A stretch of 64,000 nt of DNA from IMG/VR virus record IMGVR_UViG_3300042446_002147, positions 1 to 64,000 of that record. One strand, written 5' to 3'. Under the pieces are notes generated by a model. That model was not told where the DNA came from and ran no database searches. It was given only the letters and a program-made list of their open reading frames with translations. The position numbers were made by a program, and so were the translations under genes. This document shows positions 39,164 through 50,075 of this stretch, piece after piece. Source of the stretch: an uncultured virus (IMG/VR IMGVR_UViG_3300042446_002147). Lineage: Duplodnaviria; Heunggongvirae; Uroviricota; Caudoviricetes. How positions within the stretch are numbered: position 1 is the first letter of the stretch; every line of letters begins with the position of its first letter.

Positions 39164-40202
39164 AATAGATATAAAGTCATCAATAAGAGACTATAGTGTT
39201 TTCTTTATAGATTCAATAGAAGATCATATAAAAAATATAATAAAACCTAATGATATAATCATATGTGACAATAAGATTAACATATCTATTAACAAAAATC
39301 TTAAAATAATTAAAGTTAAGGCATCAGAAAAATCTAAAAGTTTTGATGGTGTTAATTCTATGATAACTAAAATATTAGATATAGGTTTAACTAAAAATGA
39401 TAGAATAATATGTATAGGTGGTGGAACCATACAGGACCTTGGATCTTTTATAGCTTCAATTTTATTTAGGGGGATAGATTGGATATTCTATCCTACTACG
39501 CTTCTTTCCCAGGGAGATAGCTGTATAGGAAGTAAAACTTCTATAAATTTTGGGGATTATAAAAATCAGCTAGGTAATTTCTATCCCCCTGCTTCTGTTT
39601 TTGTAGATATAAATATTCTTAAATCATTGGATGATTCAGAAATACGCTCCGGTATAGGTGAAATGTCTCATTACTTTTTTATTAAAGGTGGGAACGATCT
39701 AGATTTTTTTGTTAAAAATTACAAAAAATGCTTTGAAATAAATACATCTATAAGAGATATAATATACAAAAGCCTACTGATAAAGAAAGAATACATAGAA
39801 ATAGATGAGTTTGATAAAGGTCCTAGGGTTATTTTTAATTATGGACACACATTTGGACATTCAATAGAATCTATTAAAAAGTATTCAATCCCACATGGTA
39901 TTGCAGTATCTATAGGCATGGATATGGCTAATTATATTTCTTTTTGTAAGGGATATATAAAAGAGAACGATTTTTTATTTTACAGAAAGATATTAAAATC
40001 TATCTGGAGCGGGTTTGATTTATTAGATCTAGATGTAGATTTAATGATTACCTTTTTAAAAAAAGATAAAAAAAATGAATATAATAAAATAGGTTTAATA
40101 CTAACAAAAGGTCCCGGAAATATGTTCAAAGAACTTATTGATCCACACCCTGAACTATTTAACTATATCAATGATTATAAATTAAAATACATAAATAAAT
40201 AA
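39141..40202 (+). CDS. AroB/3-dehydroquinate synthase-like sugar phosphate cyclase
   Basis: IGGGTIQD, PTTLLSQGDSCIGSK, KNQLGNFYPP, NYGHTFGHSIE, PHGIAV, DKKN. Confidence 0.85.
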   Translation: MEDSQLYKIDIKSSIRDYSVFFIDSIEDHIKNIIKPNDIIICDNKINISINKNLKIIKVKASEKSKSFDGVNSMITKILDIGLTKNDRIICIGGGTIQDLGSFIASILFRGIDWIFYPTTLLSQGDSCIGSKTSINFGDYKNQLGNFYPPASVFVDINILKSLDDSEIRSGIGEMSHYFFIKGGNDLDFFVKNYKKCFEINTSIRDIIYKSLLIKKEYIEIDEFDKGPRVIFNYGHTFGHSIESIKKYSIPHGIAVSIGMDMANYISFCKGYIKENDFLFYRKILKSIWSGFDLLDLDVDLMITFLKKDKKNEYNKIGLILTKGPGNMFKELIDPHPELFNYINDYKLKYINK

Positions 40203-40209
40203 AAAAGTT

Positions 40210-40818
40210 ATGATACTAAATCTTGAAAACATAGAAAGTAAATTTAATAATTTACTAGAATCTCCAAAATATAAAGAATTTATTAAGCAGATAAAAGAAG
40301 CAAAGAACATATACCTTGTTGGTAATGGAGGTCTTTGGTCAACAGCAAACCATGCTGCAGATGATTGCAATAGATTACTTACTAAAGCAGGAATTAATAA
40401 GATGTTTATTTCTATGGACAGTCAATGTCTAATTACATCTGTAGCAAATGATTATGGGTACAACAATATATTTGTTAGATGGCTAGAACTTTTGAAAAAA
40501 AATAACGCTAAATCATCAGAGACTATGGTTATAGGTTTATCCTGTTCTGGTACATCAAAAAATGTCATATCAGCTTTGCATTGGGGTAAAGAGAATGGAT
40601 ATAAGACATGTTTAATTTCTGGTCAAAAATCTGCAGTTATACCCGAAGATATGTTAGAGGTTTGTTTTGATACGGAATTTTTTCACACAACAGAAGTTTT
40701 ATCTCTTATATTATTTTACCAAATAATTATTGAATGTGGAGCTTCTTGTCCAACAATAAAAGAAGAAATTATAAGAAAAGGTTCTTCGCAACCTTTAACT
40801 AGACCTACAGACGAATAA
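40210..40818 (+). CDS. SIS-domain sugar-phosphate isomerase, GmhA-like
   Basis: GNGG...H, TSVANDYGY, LSCSGTSKNV. Confidence 0.8.
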   Translation: MILNLENIESKFNNLLESPKYKEFIKQIKEAKNIYLVGNGGLWSTANHAADDCNRLLTKAGINKMFISMDSQCLITSVANDYGYNNIFVRWLELLKKNNAKSSETMVIGLSCSGTSKNVISALHWGKENGYKTCLISGQKSAVIPEDMLEVCFDTEFFHTTEVLSLILFYQIIIECGASCPTIKEEIIRKGSSQPLTRPTDE

Positions 40819-41651
40819 TGCCATCCAAACAATTTTCTGATATAATAGATAAAGAGAAAGGTAAAATTGGGCTAGTAATGGGATTAGGTCCTAGCTTAGT
40901 ACAATCTTCACATTTTATAAAAGAGAAAGAGAAAGACAAGGATAATTTTTCTATTGTTTCTTGTAACAATATTGATGTTATGTCCGATTTTAAAGTAGAT
41001 TATTGGATACTTGCACAACCTGCAGATTACTGTAATCCTTTACATATTCCTTTAGCAAAAGATAGGTATAATAAAATGGGTGCAACTTTCTTGTATACAG
41101 ATTGTTTAGATCTTACACCAAGAGAGGAAGTTGAAGAGATGTTAAAAGATATAGATTATATTGGATACGATCAAAGACATATTAATTCAGAAAGATGTGG
41201 ATGGTTAGATGTACACGGCAGACCTCCCTCCTGTTGTAATGGTATTATAGAGGGAAGACTTTGTATACAGGAGGAATTCCAAAAATACACAGGATCTGAA
41301 AATAAATACGGTTCAGGAGATACTGTTGGTGTGCATATGGTTTCTTTAAGTGTTATGTTAGGATTAAATCCTATTTACATATCTGGTATAGATCTGGATT
41401 ATACCAACGGATATTTTAACAACGATTTTGAAGGCGAAGAGGGTATTAAAAATCTAGGAATGAGATTAGTTGATCGAATAACCATGGGAATGAATAGTAT
41501 AAATAAATCTCCTGACATAGTAGATAGGATAATAAGTGATTTATCAATAATTAATGAATCCGCTAAAAAAATAGGTGTTAATATATACAATACATCTAAA
41601 GAATCTCGACTTAATGAGGTCTTTGATTATTTTGATATAAGTAAACTTTAA
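40818..41651 (+). CDS. Maf/DUF115-like putative glycosyltransferase
   Basis: LVMGLGPSL, SCNN, MLGLNPIYISGIDLDY, IGVNIYN. Confidence 0.65.
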   Translation: MPSKQFSDIIDKEKGKIGLVMGLGPSLVQSSHFIKEKEKDKDNFSIVSCNNIDVMSDFKVDYWILAQPADYCNPLHIPLAKDRYNKMGATFLYTDCLDLTPREEVEEMLKDIDYIGYDQRHINSERCGWLDVHGRPPSCCNGIIEGRLCIQEEFQKYTGSENKYGSGDTVGVHMVSLSVMLGLNPIYISGIDLDYTNGYFNNDFEGEEGIKNLGMRLVDRITMGMNSINKSPDIVDRIISDLSIINESAKKIGVNIYNTSKESRLNEVFDYFDISKL

Positions 41652-42707
41652 ATGTATAAGCATCTAATAATTTTTCCACAAAAAAAATGCGAATATAATA
41701 CATGGTCTAGGCTTAATGCCTTTATCAGTGAGATAAGAGATATGTACGAAAGAATATCGGTAGTTTTACCAACAAAGGTAGCTACTATAATTTCGGAAGC
41801 GGATGATTTTATTTCTTGTAATGATAATTTTTTGGATACAATAAGAGAGAATTATCCACAGCTTCATCATTGGGAAGAAAAACTAGATGGGCCTTCTATT
41901 TTTCACGAAACTGTCATGGGTTATATTAAAAATGATCCTGATCTATTAAGAGCAGAGATTATAAGTATTACCCCTTATGAGGTAATATCATTAGAAAATC
42001 CTAATAATATTAATTTACTCAACCAAATATATCGGGTTAGTCACGGGGGTTATAGGGATGCTTTAAGAAGAGACTGGGAGTTTTTAAAAAAATATATTTC
42101 CAGTAAGCCATTATTAAATCCATCTCTAGATTCTAAAAAAAAAATGGAGCATAAATTTGAATCACATCTTAAAAAAAATAAAAAAAATTATCTCCTAATA
42201 TCTAGAAGTACTACTTTAAAAAGTGTTGCAAATTATAATACGAAAATACAAATACCTGAACTTGAGGATCATATAAGATATTGGACTAATAACGGAATAG
42301 GTATTATAAACATCGGGTTCCCCCCTGCTTCTTATGATAATATGAGTGATAGTTATTTAGAAATTGAAGAGAGCTTATCACACGATGAAGTTTTAGCTAT
42401 TTCTTCTATCGTTGACGGAACAATAATTAGCGGAAGTGCTGGTGGATATCTAGTTCATATTTTAGGCAATGTCGATTTATTTATACTAACAGAAGATTGG
42501 GGTATAACCTTATCTAAAAGCGGTGAAAAATCAGACGAGGAAAAATACAATCTTATATCAGTAAGAAAAAACAGGACTGAAGTCAAGACTATAGCTAATT
42601 ATGAATGGCTTAGGGATGTTAATTTTTCAGGAGATTTTTTATTGTCCCACAATAGTGAAGTTAAGAAAGATTTTAGTATCACTAAAAATATAAACTATAT
42701 CCTATGA
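41652..42707 (+). CDS. Hypothetical protein (possible GT-B glycosyltransferase)
   Basis: 351-aa ORF within the glycan cluster; IINIG and ISGSAGG weakly resemble GT-B C-terminal motifs. Confidence 0.5.
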   Translation: MYKHLIIFPQKKCEYNTWSRLNAFISEIRDMYERISVVLPTKVATIISEADDFISCNDNFLDTIRENYPQLHHWEEKLDGPSIFHETVMGYIKNDPDLLRAEIISITPYEVISLENPNNINLLNQIYRVSHGGYRDALRRDWEFLKKYISSKPLLNPSLDSKKKMEHKFESHLKKNKKNYLLISRSTTLKSVANYNTKIQIPELEDHIRYWTNNGIGIINIGFPPASYDNMSDSYLEIEESLSHDEVLAISSIVDGTIISGSAGGYLVHILGNVDLFILTEDWGITLSKSGEKSDEEKYNLISVRKNRTEVKTIANYEWLRDVNFSGDFLLSHNSEVKKDFSITKNINYIL

Positions 42708-43582
42708 TTTTAGATATATGTGATATAATTAACAAGCATAAAGGAAAATCTGCTTTAGTGATAGGTAACGGCCCTAGTTTAACCCCTGAAATAAAAAGAA
42801 ATTTACACGATCTTAACCCAGAGAGTATAGTTACTTTTGGTATGAACTATTGGTTCGAGTATTACAACAAAACACCCGACTATTGGATAATGGCTGAGCC
42901 CAGCTTAACTCTACCTAGAGTGATATCAGAGATTAAAAATTTTAACATCCCTGTCTTATATCCAGATGTTGTTGATTTAACTCCTCGTAAATTCATAGAT
43001 GAAAACCAAATAACGTGTTTGCCTTTTGATAGAATGCATTATAATAATCAAGATTGTGGTGAGAATTTACCTTGGTATGAAAAATTTAAAAATTGGAATG
43101 ATCCCATAGAACATTATTGTTGTGAAGGGTTTATAAAGGATAGAAAAAGTATACAAGAGGAATTTGGTATTTATTGTAATTCTGATAATATAGATTTCCC
43201 CTTTAGAAAAAGAAAGCTGTTGGATTTTAATGGTCCTTTAAATGAAATAATATTAAGAACATACGGTCCAGGAAGAAGCGTTATTCTTCATGGATTATCA
43301 TTTGCTACTATGATGGGATGTGATTCAATATATGTGATAGGATTTGACTGGGATTATTCTAAAGGATATTCAGGACAAATAAACACCAATGATGATTATA
43401 CTTTATTATCAGATCCTCCTAATTTACTAGGATTTAGCGACGATGTTATGGAAGATCTTAATATAATAAAAGAATTGGCTAAAAATATAGGTACTAATAT
43501 TTACAATCTAAATAAAAACTCGTGGCATAAAATATTAGATTTTTGTGATTACGATGAATTCTATAATAAAATAAGGGTATGA
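42704..43582 (+). CDS. Maf/DUF115-like putative glycosyltransferase, paralog of 40818..41651
   Basis: KHKGKSALVIGNGPSL, DLTPR, C..CC..IQEEF, MMGCDSIYVIGFDWDY. Confidence 0.65.
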   Translation: MILDICDIINKHKGKSALVIGNGPSLTPEIKRNLHDLNPESIVTFGMNYWFEYYNKTPDYWIMAEPSLTLPRVISEIKNFNIPVLYPDVVDLTPRKFIDENQITCLPFDRMHYNNQDCGENLPWYEKFKNWNDPIEHYCCEGFIKDRKSIQEEFGIYCNSDNIDFPFRKRKLLDFNGPLNEIILRTYGPGRSVILHGLSFATMMGCDSIYVIGFDWDYSKGYSGQINTNDDYTLLSDPPNLLGFSDDVMEDLNIIKELAKNIGTNIYNLNKNSWHKILDFCDYDEFYNKIRV

Positions 43583-44355
43583 GTAATTATCCTGTGTGGG
43601 ATTCATCTGCAGTAAATCCTGATATTTATATAGAAAAATATACCGATTACGTAAAAACTGCTGAGCTCCAAGAAATATTAGACGGAAAAACAGTAGCTAT
43701 AGTTGGACCTTCATTTCATATAAATGGACAAAATCTTGGTAATTATATAGACTCATTTGATGTTGTAGTGAGAGTAGGATTTTTAGAAGAACCTACAGAA
43801 ATAGCTATGAAAGACTACGGTAGTAGAACAGATATAATAATACATTCATTTAACTCATTTGAAATACCAGTTGCTTACCGAAATACAGGTTACCTTTCTA
43901 AGTGTAAGCACATTATATGTGGAATGGTTTCTAGTGATTTTATAGATGACCATGAATCTTTTTTTGCTTCTTTAAGAGAAATAGGTATTAAAGTACAAAA
44001 TGTGGAAGATAGCTATTTATATGGATTTTTTAGAAGAGTTGGAACAATATGTAATTTAGGAACAGTAGGAATAGAAATTATTCTTAAGTATGAAATTAAA
44101 TCTCTTTTTGTTACTGGGATAAACTTTTATAACATGGGAAGATACGGTAAGGTATACAATGAGGAATATTTCGATGTTGTTTCATCTAAGATGGGAATTT
44201 ACAAGAATGAACTTAACGGAACAGTTAATGGTATTTCAGCAAGATCTGATTTACATTCTCAGAAACCTCAGATAGAGCATTTTAAATCAGTAGCTAGATC
44301 TGACGATAGAGTATTGTTGGATAAATATTTGGAAGATAATTTATTCGTTCCTTGA
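43579..44355 (+). CDS. GT29 sialyltransferase-like protein
   Basis: Sialylmotif-L-like KTVAIVGPS...LGNYIDSFDVVVR...DYGSRTD; also LFVTGINFY. Confidence 0.7.
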   Translation: MSNYPVWDSSAVNPDIYIEKYTDYVKTAELQEILDGKTVAIVGPSFHINGQNLGNYIDSFDVVVRVGFLEEPTEIAMKDYGSRTDIIIHSFNSFEIPVAYRNTGYLSKCKHIICGMVSSDFIDDHESFFASLREIGIKVQNVEDSYLYGFFRRVGTICNLGTVGIEIILKYEIKSLFVTGINFYNMGRYGKVYNEEYFDVVSSKMGIYKNELNGTVNGISARSDLHSQKPQIEHFKSVARSDDRVLLDKYLEDNLFVP

Positions 44356-44940
44356 TCCTCCCCACCATACAAATTCGTAACTGAATTTTGTATTGAAACC
44401 TAATTTATTTAGATCATCAATAATTCCGTACATGTATTCTTTTTTAATACCCTTGTTTCTGTGGAATTGTATTTGTATATTTTGCACAAGGTCTAGACAT
44501 TTATTTTCTATAAGATAAGGTACTAGATCATATTCATATCCCTCGATATTGATCATTAGAACTGCTATTCTTTGATCTTTGATAAAATCCTTTGCGTCTT
44601 TGATTAGTATTATCTCTTCACCTTCATTTGATATTGATGATCCATCTTCATCTAGATTTATTTTATCCTCTTTATTCTCTAGCCCTAATGCAAAATTGTG
44701 CACCTTAATTTTTTCTGGAAATATCACATCCTCTATGAAGCTTTTTATTGGCTCGAATCCTATTCCATTACACCCATATTTATTGTACATATCAATAAGC
44801 CATTGACCTTTGTATGCACCAACATCTACTATTAGATCATCTGGACATAAATTGTAATTCCTTAAATGCTTCTGATCTCCTAAATCACCGAACCATCTCT
44901 CGATTGTGTTTCTAAATTCGTTATCCTGTTTTGTAATCAT
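44341..44940 (-). CDS. FkbM-family methyltransferase
   Basis: VDVGAYKG, GFEP, FALG, INIEGYEY, IQIQFH. Confidence 0.85.
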   Translation of the reverse strand: MITKQDNEFRNTIERWFGDLGDQKHLRNYNLCPDDLIVDVGAYKGQWLIDMYNKYGCNGIGFEPIKSFIEDVIFPEKIKVHNFALGLENKEDKINLDEDGSSISNEGEEIILIKDAKDFIKDQRIAVLMINIEGYEYDLVPYLIENKCLDLVQNIQIQFHRNKGIKKEYMYGIIDDLNKLGFNTKFSYEFVWWGGSRNE

Positions 44941-46085
44941 AATATAGATTTTTTTATAATTTTTAAAGCTTCTTTAACCTCTTCGTCTTTTACTGCTAAA
45001 TTAGGTCTAATCCTAATTGATGTATCCCCTGCTGAATTAACAAGTAATCCGTTGTTTTTAGATCTAAGAATAAAAGAATTTCTTTGTTCTTGATTTTCAA
45101 AATCAAAAGCTATTAACAGCCCACACGATCTAACATTCATTAGACCCATTTCTTCTAGTCCTGTGTGTAATTTATATCCTTGTTTTATTGAATTCCCTGT
45201 CAGATCTTTCTCTTTGATTGCCTTAATTATATACGTAGATCTAATCATGTCAATTATATCACCGTCCCATGTTATGCAATATTTTGACGGATCATTAATT
45301 TTTTCTGCTATTCTCTTAGTTGACATAGCTCCCGATACTTGTGACTTTTTTCCGAATATTATTATATCCGGAGCATAAGCAGTATTTTGAAAATACCATA
45401 TTTTTCCTGTGGTACAGAATCCTGTTTGTATCTCATCATAAATAAGAGGTATATCATACTTATTTGCTATCGATCTTAGTCCTTTAAAAAATTCTAAAGA
45501 GTAATAGATATCTCCATTGGTACATTGAACAGGTTCAAAAAGTATAGCAGCTATATTTTGATCCTTTTTAATTGACAATTCAAGATCATCTAAGTCGTTA
45601 AATTTAGGCCAAACTTTATCCCCAGGAAATCCGTTTAATCTCTTGTAGCTTGGCCCAGTTCTACCTGTTACTATATTTCCGTATGAAGTAATACCATGGA
45701 AGCTTTTATTATGAGATATAACCTTAGGATTTTTTTTATTTGAATATTCAAATGCCATTTTTATACCATGCTCTACTGCAAGAGCTCCTGTACATGCAAA
45801 ATGAGGATTATGAAAAATACCTAAGGAAGTAAATTCCATAAAATCTTTTTCAAATGTCTCCCTTTCTTCTGATGTGTATTCGCAGTTGGTTATCCTAATA
45901 CCTGCCCATTTATTAATAGATTCTTTAAAATCATCTCTTTTAAATATATCGTGATTATAGCCAAGAGGAAGAGAAGAATACATTGACATGAAATCTAAGT
46001 ATAATCTATCGTCCTCCTTATTATATAGGTAACTATTATTTGATAGTAAGGGGTCTATTTTTATTTTATAAAAACTGTTTATCAT
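44937..46085 (-). CDS. Class III PLP aminotransferase (lysine epsilon-aminotransferase-like)
   Basis: YLDF..SLPLGYNH, GALAVE, SFHG, DEIQTG, FGKKSQV, IRIRP. Confidence 0.85.
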   Translation of the reverse strand: MINSFYKIKIDPLLSNNSYLYNKEDDRLYLDFMSMYSSLPLGYNHDIFKRDDFKESINKWAGIRITNCEYTSEERETFEKDFMEFTSLGIFHNPHFACTGALAVEHGIKMAFEYSNKKNPKVISHNKSFHGITSYGNIVTGRTGPSYKRLNGFPGDKVWPKFNDLDDLELSIKKDQNIAAILFEPVQCTNGDIYYSLEFFKGLRSIANKYDIPLIYDEIQTGFCTTGKIWYFQNTAYAPDIIIFGKKSQVSGAMSTKRIAEKINDPSKYCITWDGDIIDMIRSTYIIKAIKEKDLTGNSIKQGYKLHTGLEEMGLMNVRSCGLLIAFDFENQEQRNSFILRSKNNGLLVNSAGDTSIRIRPNLAVKDEEVKEALKIIKKSIL

Positions 46086-47200
46086 AGTTTTTTAATATCT
46101 CCCGTATATATGTGATCAACGTCTTCTCTTGAAACAGCTAATCTAATAGCTGGTACGTTTCCAGTTGCTTCTATTCTATGGATTCTGTTTTTTTCTATGA
46201 ATACCATATCTCCTTCTTTAACTATTTTATTAGCTCCTTCTATTTCAAATATCCATTCGCCTTTAACAATTAACCACCATTCATTCCAATCCGAATGATA
46301 ATGTCTTCTGTTACCTTCACCTGGATTTTGACAGATTAGTGTTGCACTATTATTTTCTGAGTTTACTACTCTTTTACTCCAGGATGATTCTCCCATAGAG
46401 TTTATAACGTCGTATAGATTAACTATTTCTTTATTAGAATCGTGCAAATCGTTGTATTCGACGCCATCCTTAACTAGAATGCTAGGAACATCATTTTCTT
46501 TATGTAAATCTGTAGAGTCCTTCTCAATTTTCTGTATGTGCTCAGCTATCACTTCAGCTATATCAAAATCCTCTTCATTATCGATGTCAACGGTTGAAAA
46601 TCCTTTTAGTTCGAAAGTGTCCTTTGGATAATCTCCACCGTGATATCCAGCTCCGTGGATTTTCATATTTTCATTGTATTCTTTTGTAGTCCATGCCATT
46701 AATGAACAAGCGTATGCTTTTATCGGCTCTAGTTCTTGTGAAGGAAGTGTTACCCCTATAGGATCAAAATTAATTGGCTCATTTTTATAAATAGCTTCTA
46801 TTTGCACGTTCTTTACTGATATTAATGTGTTGATATCACCTATCTTAATTCTCTCTACAAATTCTCTAATTTCTTCTGGTGTTATAAAAGGTGATGTAGA
46901 TAGGATCTGCACTATCACGTCGCATTCTATATTATTTATAAACTCCTGTGTGAAATCGTCATTGGTAGCAGAATCGGAGGATAAGTGCTCGGGCCTTTTG
47001 TGAAATTTAATACCGCTTTTTTCTGCAATATCTTTAAACACATCTGATTCGGAATTTATATAAATCTCGTCGAATACTCCTGCTTCCTTTGCTGCATCTA
47101 TCGGGTACTGTATTAGTTGTTTTCCTAAGATTTTCCTAAGATTTTTTTTAGGAACTCTCTTGCTACCCATTCTTGCGGGGATCATTGCTACTATTTTCAT
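46082..47200 (-). CDS. CMP-ulosonate synthetase (NeuA/KdsB family cytidylyltransferase) fused to a cupin
   Basis: IPARMGSKRVPKKN, TSPF, VDIDNEEDF; C-terminal cupin HYH...EWW...G...H. Confidence 0.85.
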   Translation of the reverse strand: MKIVAMIPARMGSKRVPKKNLRKILGKQLIQYPIDAAKEAGVFDEIYINSESDVFKDIAEKSGIKFHKRPEHLSSDSATNDDFTQEFINNIECDVIVQILSTSPFITPEEIREFVERIKIGDINTLISVKNVQIEAIYKNEPINFDPIGVTLPSQELEPIKAYACSLMAWTTKEYNENMKIHGAGYHGGDYPKDTFELKGFSTVDIDNEEDFDIAEVIAEHIQKIEKDSTDLHKENDVPSILVKDGVEYNDLHDSNKEIVNLYDVINSMGESSWSKRVVNSENNSATLICQNPGEGNRRHYHSDWNEWWLIVKGEWIFEIEGANKIVKEGDMVFIEKNRIHRIEATGNVPAIRLAVSREDVDHIYTGDIKKL

Positions 47201-47222
47201 ATTTAACTAATTTGTTTTATAT

Positions 47223-47260
47223 ATTTTACTTGAAACCTATATGATTATTTCATGTATAAT
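47223..47260. promoter_or_regulatory. Overlapping divergent GAAA(C/T)-N18-TA(T/A)AAT promoter-like motifs
   Basis: Plus strand: GAAAC 47232-47236 and TATAAT 47255-47260. Minus strand: GAAAT 47247-47251 and TAAAAT 47223-47228. Confidence 0.55.
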
Positions 47261-47275
47261 AATAAAAAAAATGAT

Positions 47276-47905
47276 ATGAACTTAAATAAGCAAGAAGATG
47301 AGTACAACTGGAAAAATTACACTCCAGAATATTCCGATCAATTAAGGGGAATGGTTAAAAACGATGGTTTTGATTTTTTTGTAAAAAACTATGAAATAAT
47401 TAACGACAACCCAGTTTTTCATGATAATTTAGTTAGTAACTGGAAAGAAATATACTCTCTTATTTATAAAATAAATCCTAAGAGTATTTTTGAATTCGGG
47501 TGTGGTGCTTGTTATCATTTAAGAAATATTATGACATTATGCCCAGAGATTAAAGTTTCAGGAGCTGACTATCTAGGAACACAGATAGAATTCGGTAAAG
47601 AATTTATTCCGGAAGGTATGGAATTTCCTAAAAATGTATCCGTTAGAGATTTAACAGAAGATGTATCAGATATACCTAAAGCAGAATTAGTCTATTCACA
47701 AGCAGTAGTTATGCACTTAAACTCAGAGAAGGCTGTAAAAATGATGCAGAACATGGGTGAGGTAGCAGAAAAATATATAATAATGGTTGAGGGCGTAAGG
47801 AATCACGAGAATTGGTATGAGCTTGTTAATTATGCTTTACCAGATTGGAAAATGACTTTAACTAATAATTACATTGATTACGGTATAATATTAGAAAGAA
47901 AATGA
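47276..47905 (+). CDS. Class I SAM-dependent methyltransferase
   Basis: IFEFGCGAC, GAD, AVVMHL. Start moved to MNLNKQ, downstream of the promoter motif. Confidence 0.8.
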   Translation: MNLNKQEDEYNWKNYTPEYSDQLRGMVKNDGFDFFVKNYEIINDNPVFHDNLVSNWKEIYSLIYKINPKSIFEFGCGACYHLRNIMTLCPEIKVSGADYLGTQIEFGKEFIPEGMEFPKNVSVRDLTEDVSDIPKAELVYSQAVVMHLNSEKAVKMMQNMGEVAEKYIIMVEGVRNHENWYELVNYALPDWKMTLTNNYIDYGIILERK

Positions 47906-49071
47906 AAAATGTAAAATTGGTATCAGACACAATATCAAAAAATGATATAGAAAAACTAGTGACATGGATGTCACAAGATGATATACCACAATTAACAAAA
48001 GGTCCTTTAACAATAAAATTTCAGAATGACTTCTCTAATTTTTTAGGTGAAGATTTAAGAAGCTGTTTTATTAATTCGGGATCATCTGCTATTCTTTTAT
48101 CTCTTCTTGCTCTTAAGATAAAGAACAATATAAAAAAAGTTGTTGTACCTTCAGTTTCTTGGGCAACAGATTTAAGTAGCCCTATGGTTCTTGGATTAGA
48201 AACTATATTATGTGATTGTAACTTACAAGATCTATCATTAGATCTAGACAAATTAGAAAAGATCTTTGAAGAAGAAAGTCCAGAGGTTTGTATATTAGTT
48301 TCTGTATTAGGATTAGTGCCTGATATGGAGCGTATAATGAGTCTTTGTAAGAAATATAACGTTATTCTTTTGGAAGATGTTTGCGAGAGCTTAGGATCAA
48401 AATATAAAGGTGATTACCTTGGAACTTTTGGTCTTATGTCATTCTTTTCTTTCTATTATGGTCATCATATAAGTACTATAGAGGGAGGAATGATTACAAC
48501 AGAAGATAAAAACATGCATGATATTTTAGTTTCTATACGTAATCATGGATGGGATAGAGATTGGAGTGAGGATCTAAAAAAAGAATATCGGGAGAAATAC
48601 GGAATTGATTCTTTTTCTAGCATGTATGCTTTCTATTTTCCTGGACTAAATCTCAGATCTACTGATCTTCAAGCATTCCTAGGAATAAATCAGATAGAAA
48701 AAATAGAACCTTTTTCCTCAGTTAGGAATAGAAACTTTCTTAAATATTCGGAACTTATAAAAGAAAACTATTTGAACGTTAATCAGAGAGATGGCGATTT
48801 TGTTTCTAATTTCGCTTATCCTGTGGTACACTCAGAAAGAGCTTCAATCATTGCTAAGATTAAAGAGCATAATATAGAAGTTAGACCTCTTATTGCAGGA
48901 TCTATGGCTAAGCAACCATTTGCAACGGGGGTTAATAAAAAATACGGAACAGGTAATTCTGATATAATTCATGAGAAAGGATTTTATTTACCTAATCACC
49001 AAGATTTATCTTTAGAGCAGGTTGAGTTCATTGCATCTTTGGTTAATTCTGAAAAAAATAATTTAAAATGA
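47902..49071 (+). CDS. colD: GDP-4-keto-6-deoxy-D-mannose 3-dehydratase (DegT/DnrJ family, ColD-type)
   Basis: [29 protein letters not shown] (His at the usual Schiff-base Lys), RNHGW, no Cys-rich E1 insertion; adjacent to gmd. Confidence 0.8.
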   Translation: MKNVKLVSDTISKNDIEKLVTWMSQDDIPQLTKGPLTIKFQNDFSNFLGEDLRSCFINSGSSAILLSLLALKIKNNIKKVVVPSVSWATDLSSPMVLGLETILCDCNLQDLSLDLDKLEKIFEEESPEVCILVSVLGLVPDMERIMSLCKKYNVILLEDVCESLGSKYKGDYLGTFGLMSFFSFYYGHHISTIEGGMITTEDKNMHDILVSIRNHGWDRDWSEDLKKEYREKYGIDSFSSMYAFYFPGLNLRSTDLQAFLGINQIEKIEPFSSVRNRNFLKYSELIKENYLNVNQRDGDFVSNFAYPVVHSERASIIAKIKEHNIEVRPLIAGSMAKQPFATGVNKKYGTGNSDIIHEKGFYLPNHQDLSLEQVEFIASLVNSEKNNLK

Positions 49072-50075
49072 AAAAAGCTATAATAACAGGAGTTAACGGG
49101 CAAGACGGAAGTTATCTTGCTGAACTCCTTCTCGATAAAGGATATGAAGTACACGGTACTATTAGAAGATCCTCATCTTTTAATACATGGAGAATAGATC
49201 ATATTAGATCTCATGAAAATTTCCATTGGCACTATGCTGATGTTACAGATCCGGTATCTATTAGTAACCTTATATCTAGAATAAAGCCAGAAGAATTTTA
49301 TAATTTAGCTGCTCAAAGCCATGTTAAAATTTCTTTTGAAATTCCTTACTATACAGGACAAGTTGATGCTATAGGAACACTTAATGTACTTGAAGCAATA
49401 AGAACGCATTCGCCAATTACTAAGCTTTATCAAGCATCAACATCAGAACTTTATGGAAAAGTTCAAGAAATACCACAGAATGAAAATACACCTTTTTATC
49501 CAAGAAGCCCTTATGGAGTTGCTAAGCTTTATGGATTTTGGATAATAAAAAACTACAGAGAAGCATACGACATATTTGCATGCAATGGAATTCTTTTTAA
49601 TCACACATCGCCAAGAAGAGGAGAAAACTTTATGGAGAAAAAGATTGTAGATTCTCTTGTAGCTATTCACAAAGGGGGTAAAGAAATTCTTAAGCTTGGG
49701 AATCTTGATGCTAAAAGGGATATTGGTCATGCTAAAGAATATGTTGAAGGCATGTGGAGAATGCTTCAACAAGAAACCCCCGAAGATTTTGTTCTTGCTA
49801 CTGGTATGTGTTTTTCTGTAAGAGAAATAGTTGAAACCGTTTATCAAATTTTAGGTAATAAAATAAGATGGGAAGGGGAAGGACTAGAAGAAAAAGGTTT
49901 AGATGTGGAAACTGAAAAAATCGTAGTTTCTATAGACCCTAAATATTTTAGACCTTCGGAGGTTGATCTACTAATTGGTAATCCTAAAAAAGCTAAAGAT
50001 ATTCTTGGGTGGGAAAGTAATAGCACAATTAGGGGAATTTTAGAAGAGATGGTTAACGAGCAAATCAAAAAATAA
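49068..50075 (+). CDS. gmd: GDP-mannose 4,6-dehydratase
   Basis: [56 protein letters not shown]. Confidence 0.95.
   Translation: MKKAIITGVNGQDGSYLAELLLDKGYEVHGTIRRSSSFNTWRIDHIRSHENFHWHYADVTDPVSISNLISRIKPEEFYNLAAQSHVKISFEIPYYTGQVDAIGTLNVLEAIRTHSPITKLYQASTSELYGKVQEIPQNENTPFYPRSPYGVAKLYGFWIIKNYREAYDIFACNGILFNHTSPRRGENFMEKKIVDSLVAIHKGGKEILKLGNLDAKRDIGHAKEYVEGMWRMLQQETPEDFVLATGMCFSVREIVETVYQILGNKIRWEGEGLEEKGLDVETEKIVVSIDPKYFRPSEVDLLIGNPKKAKDILGWESNSTIRGILEEMVNEQIKK

Noticed and set aside
39952..39959. Intragenic GATATATA (also 12036-12043)
   Set aside because: Far from a start codon (about 250 and 46 nt); compatible with chance in AT-rich DNA, so not counted as promoters.
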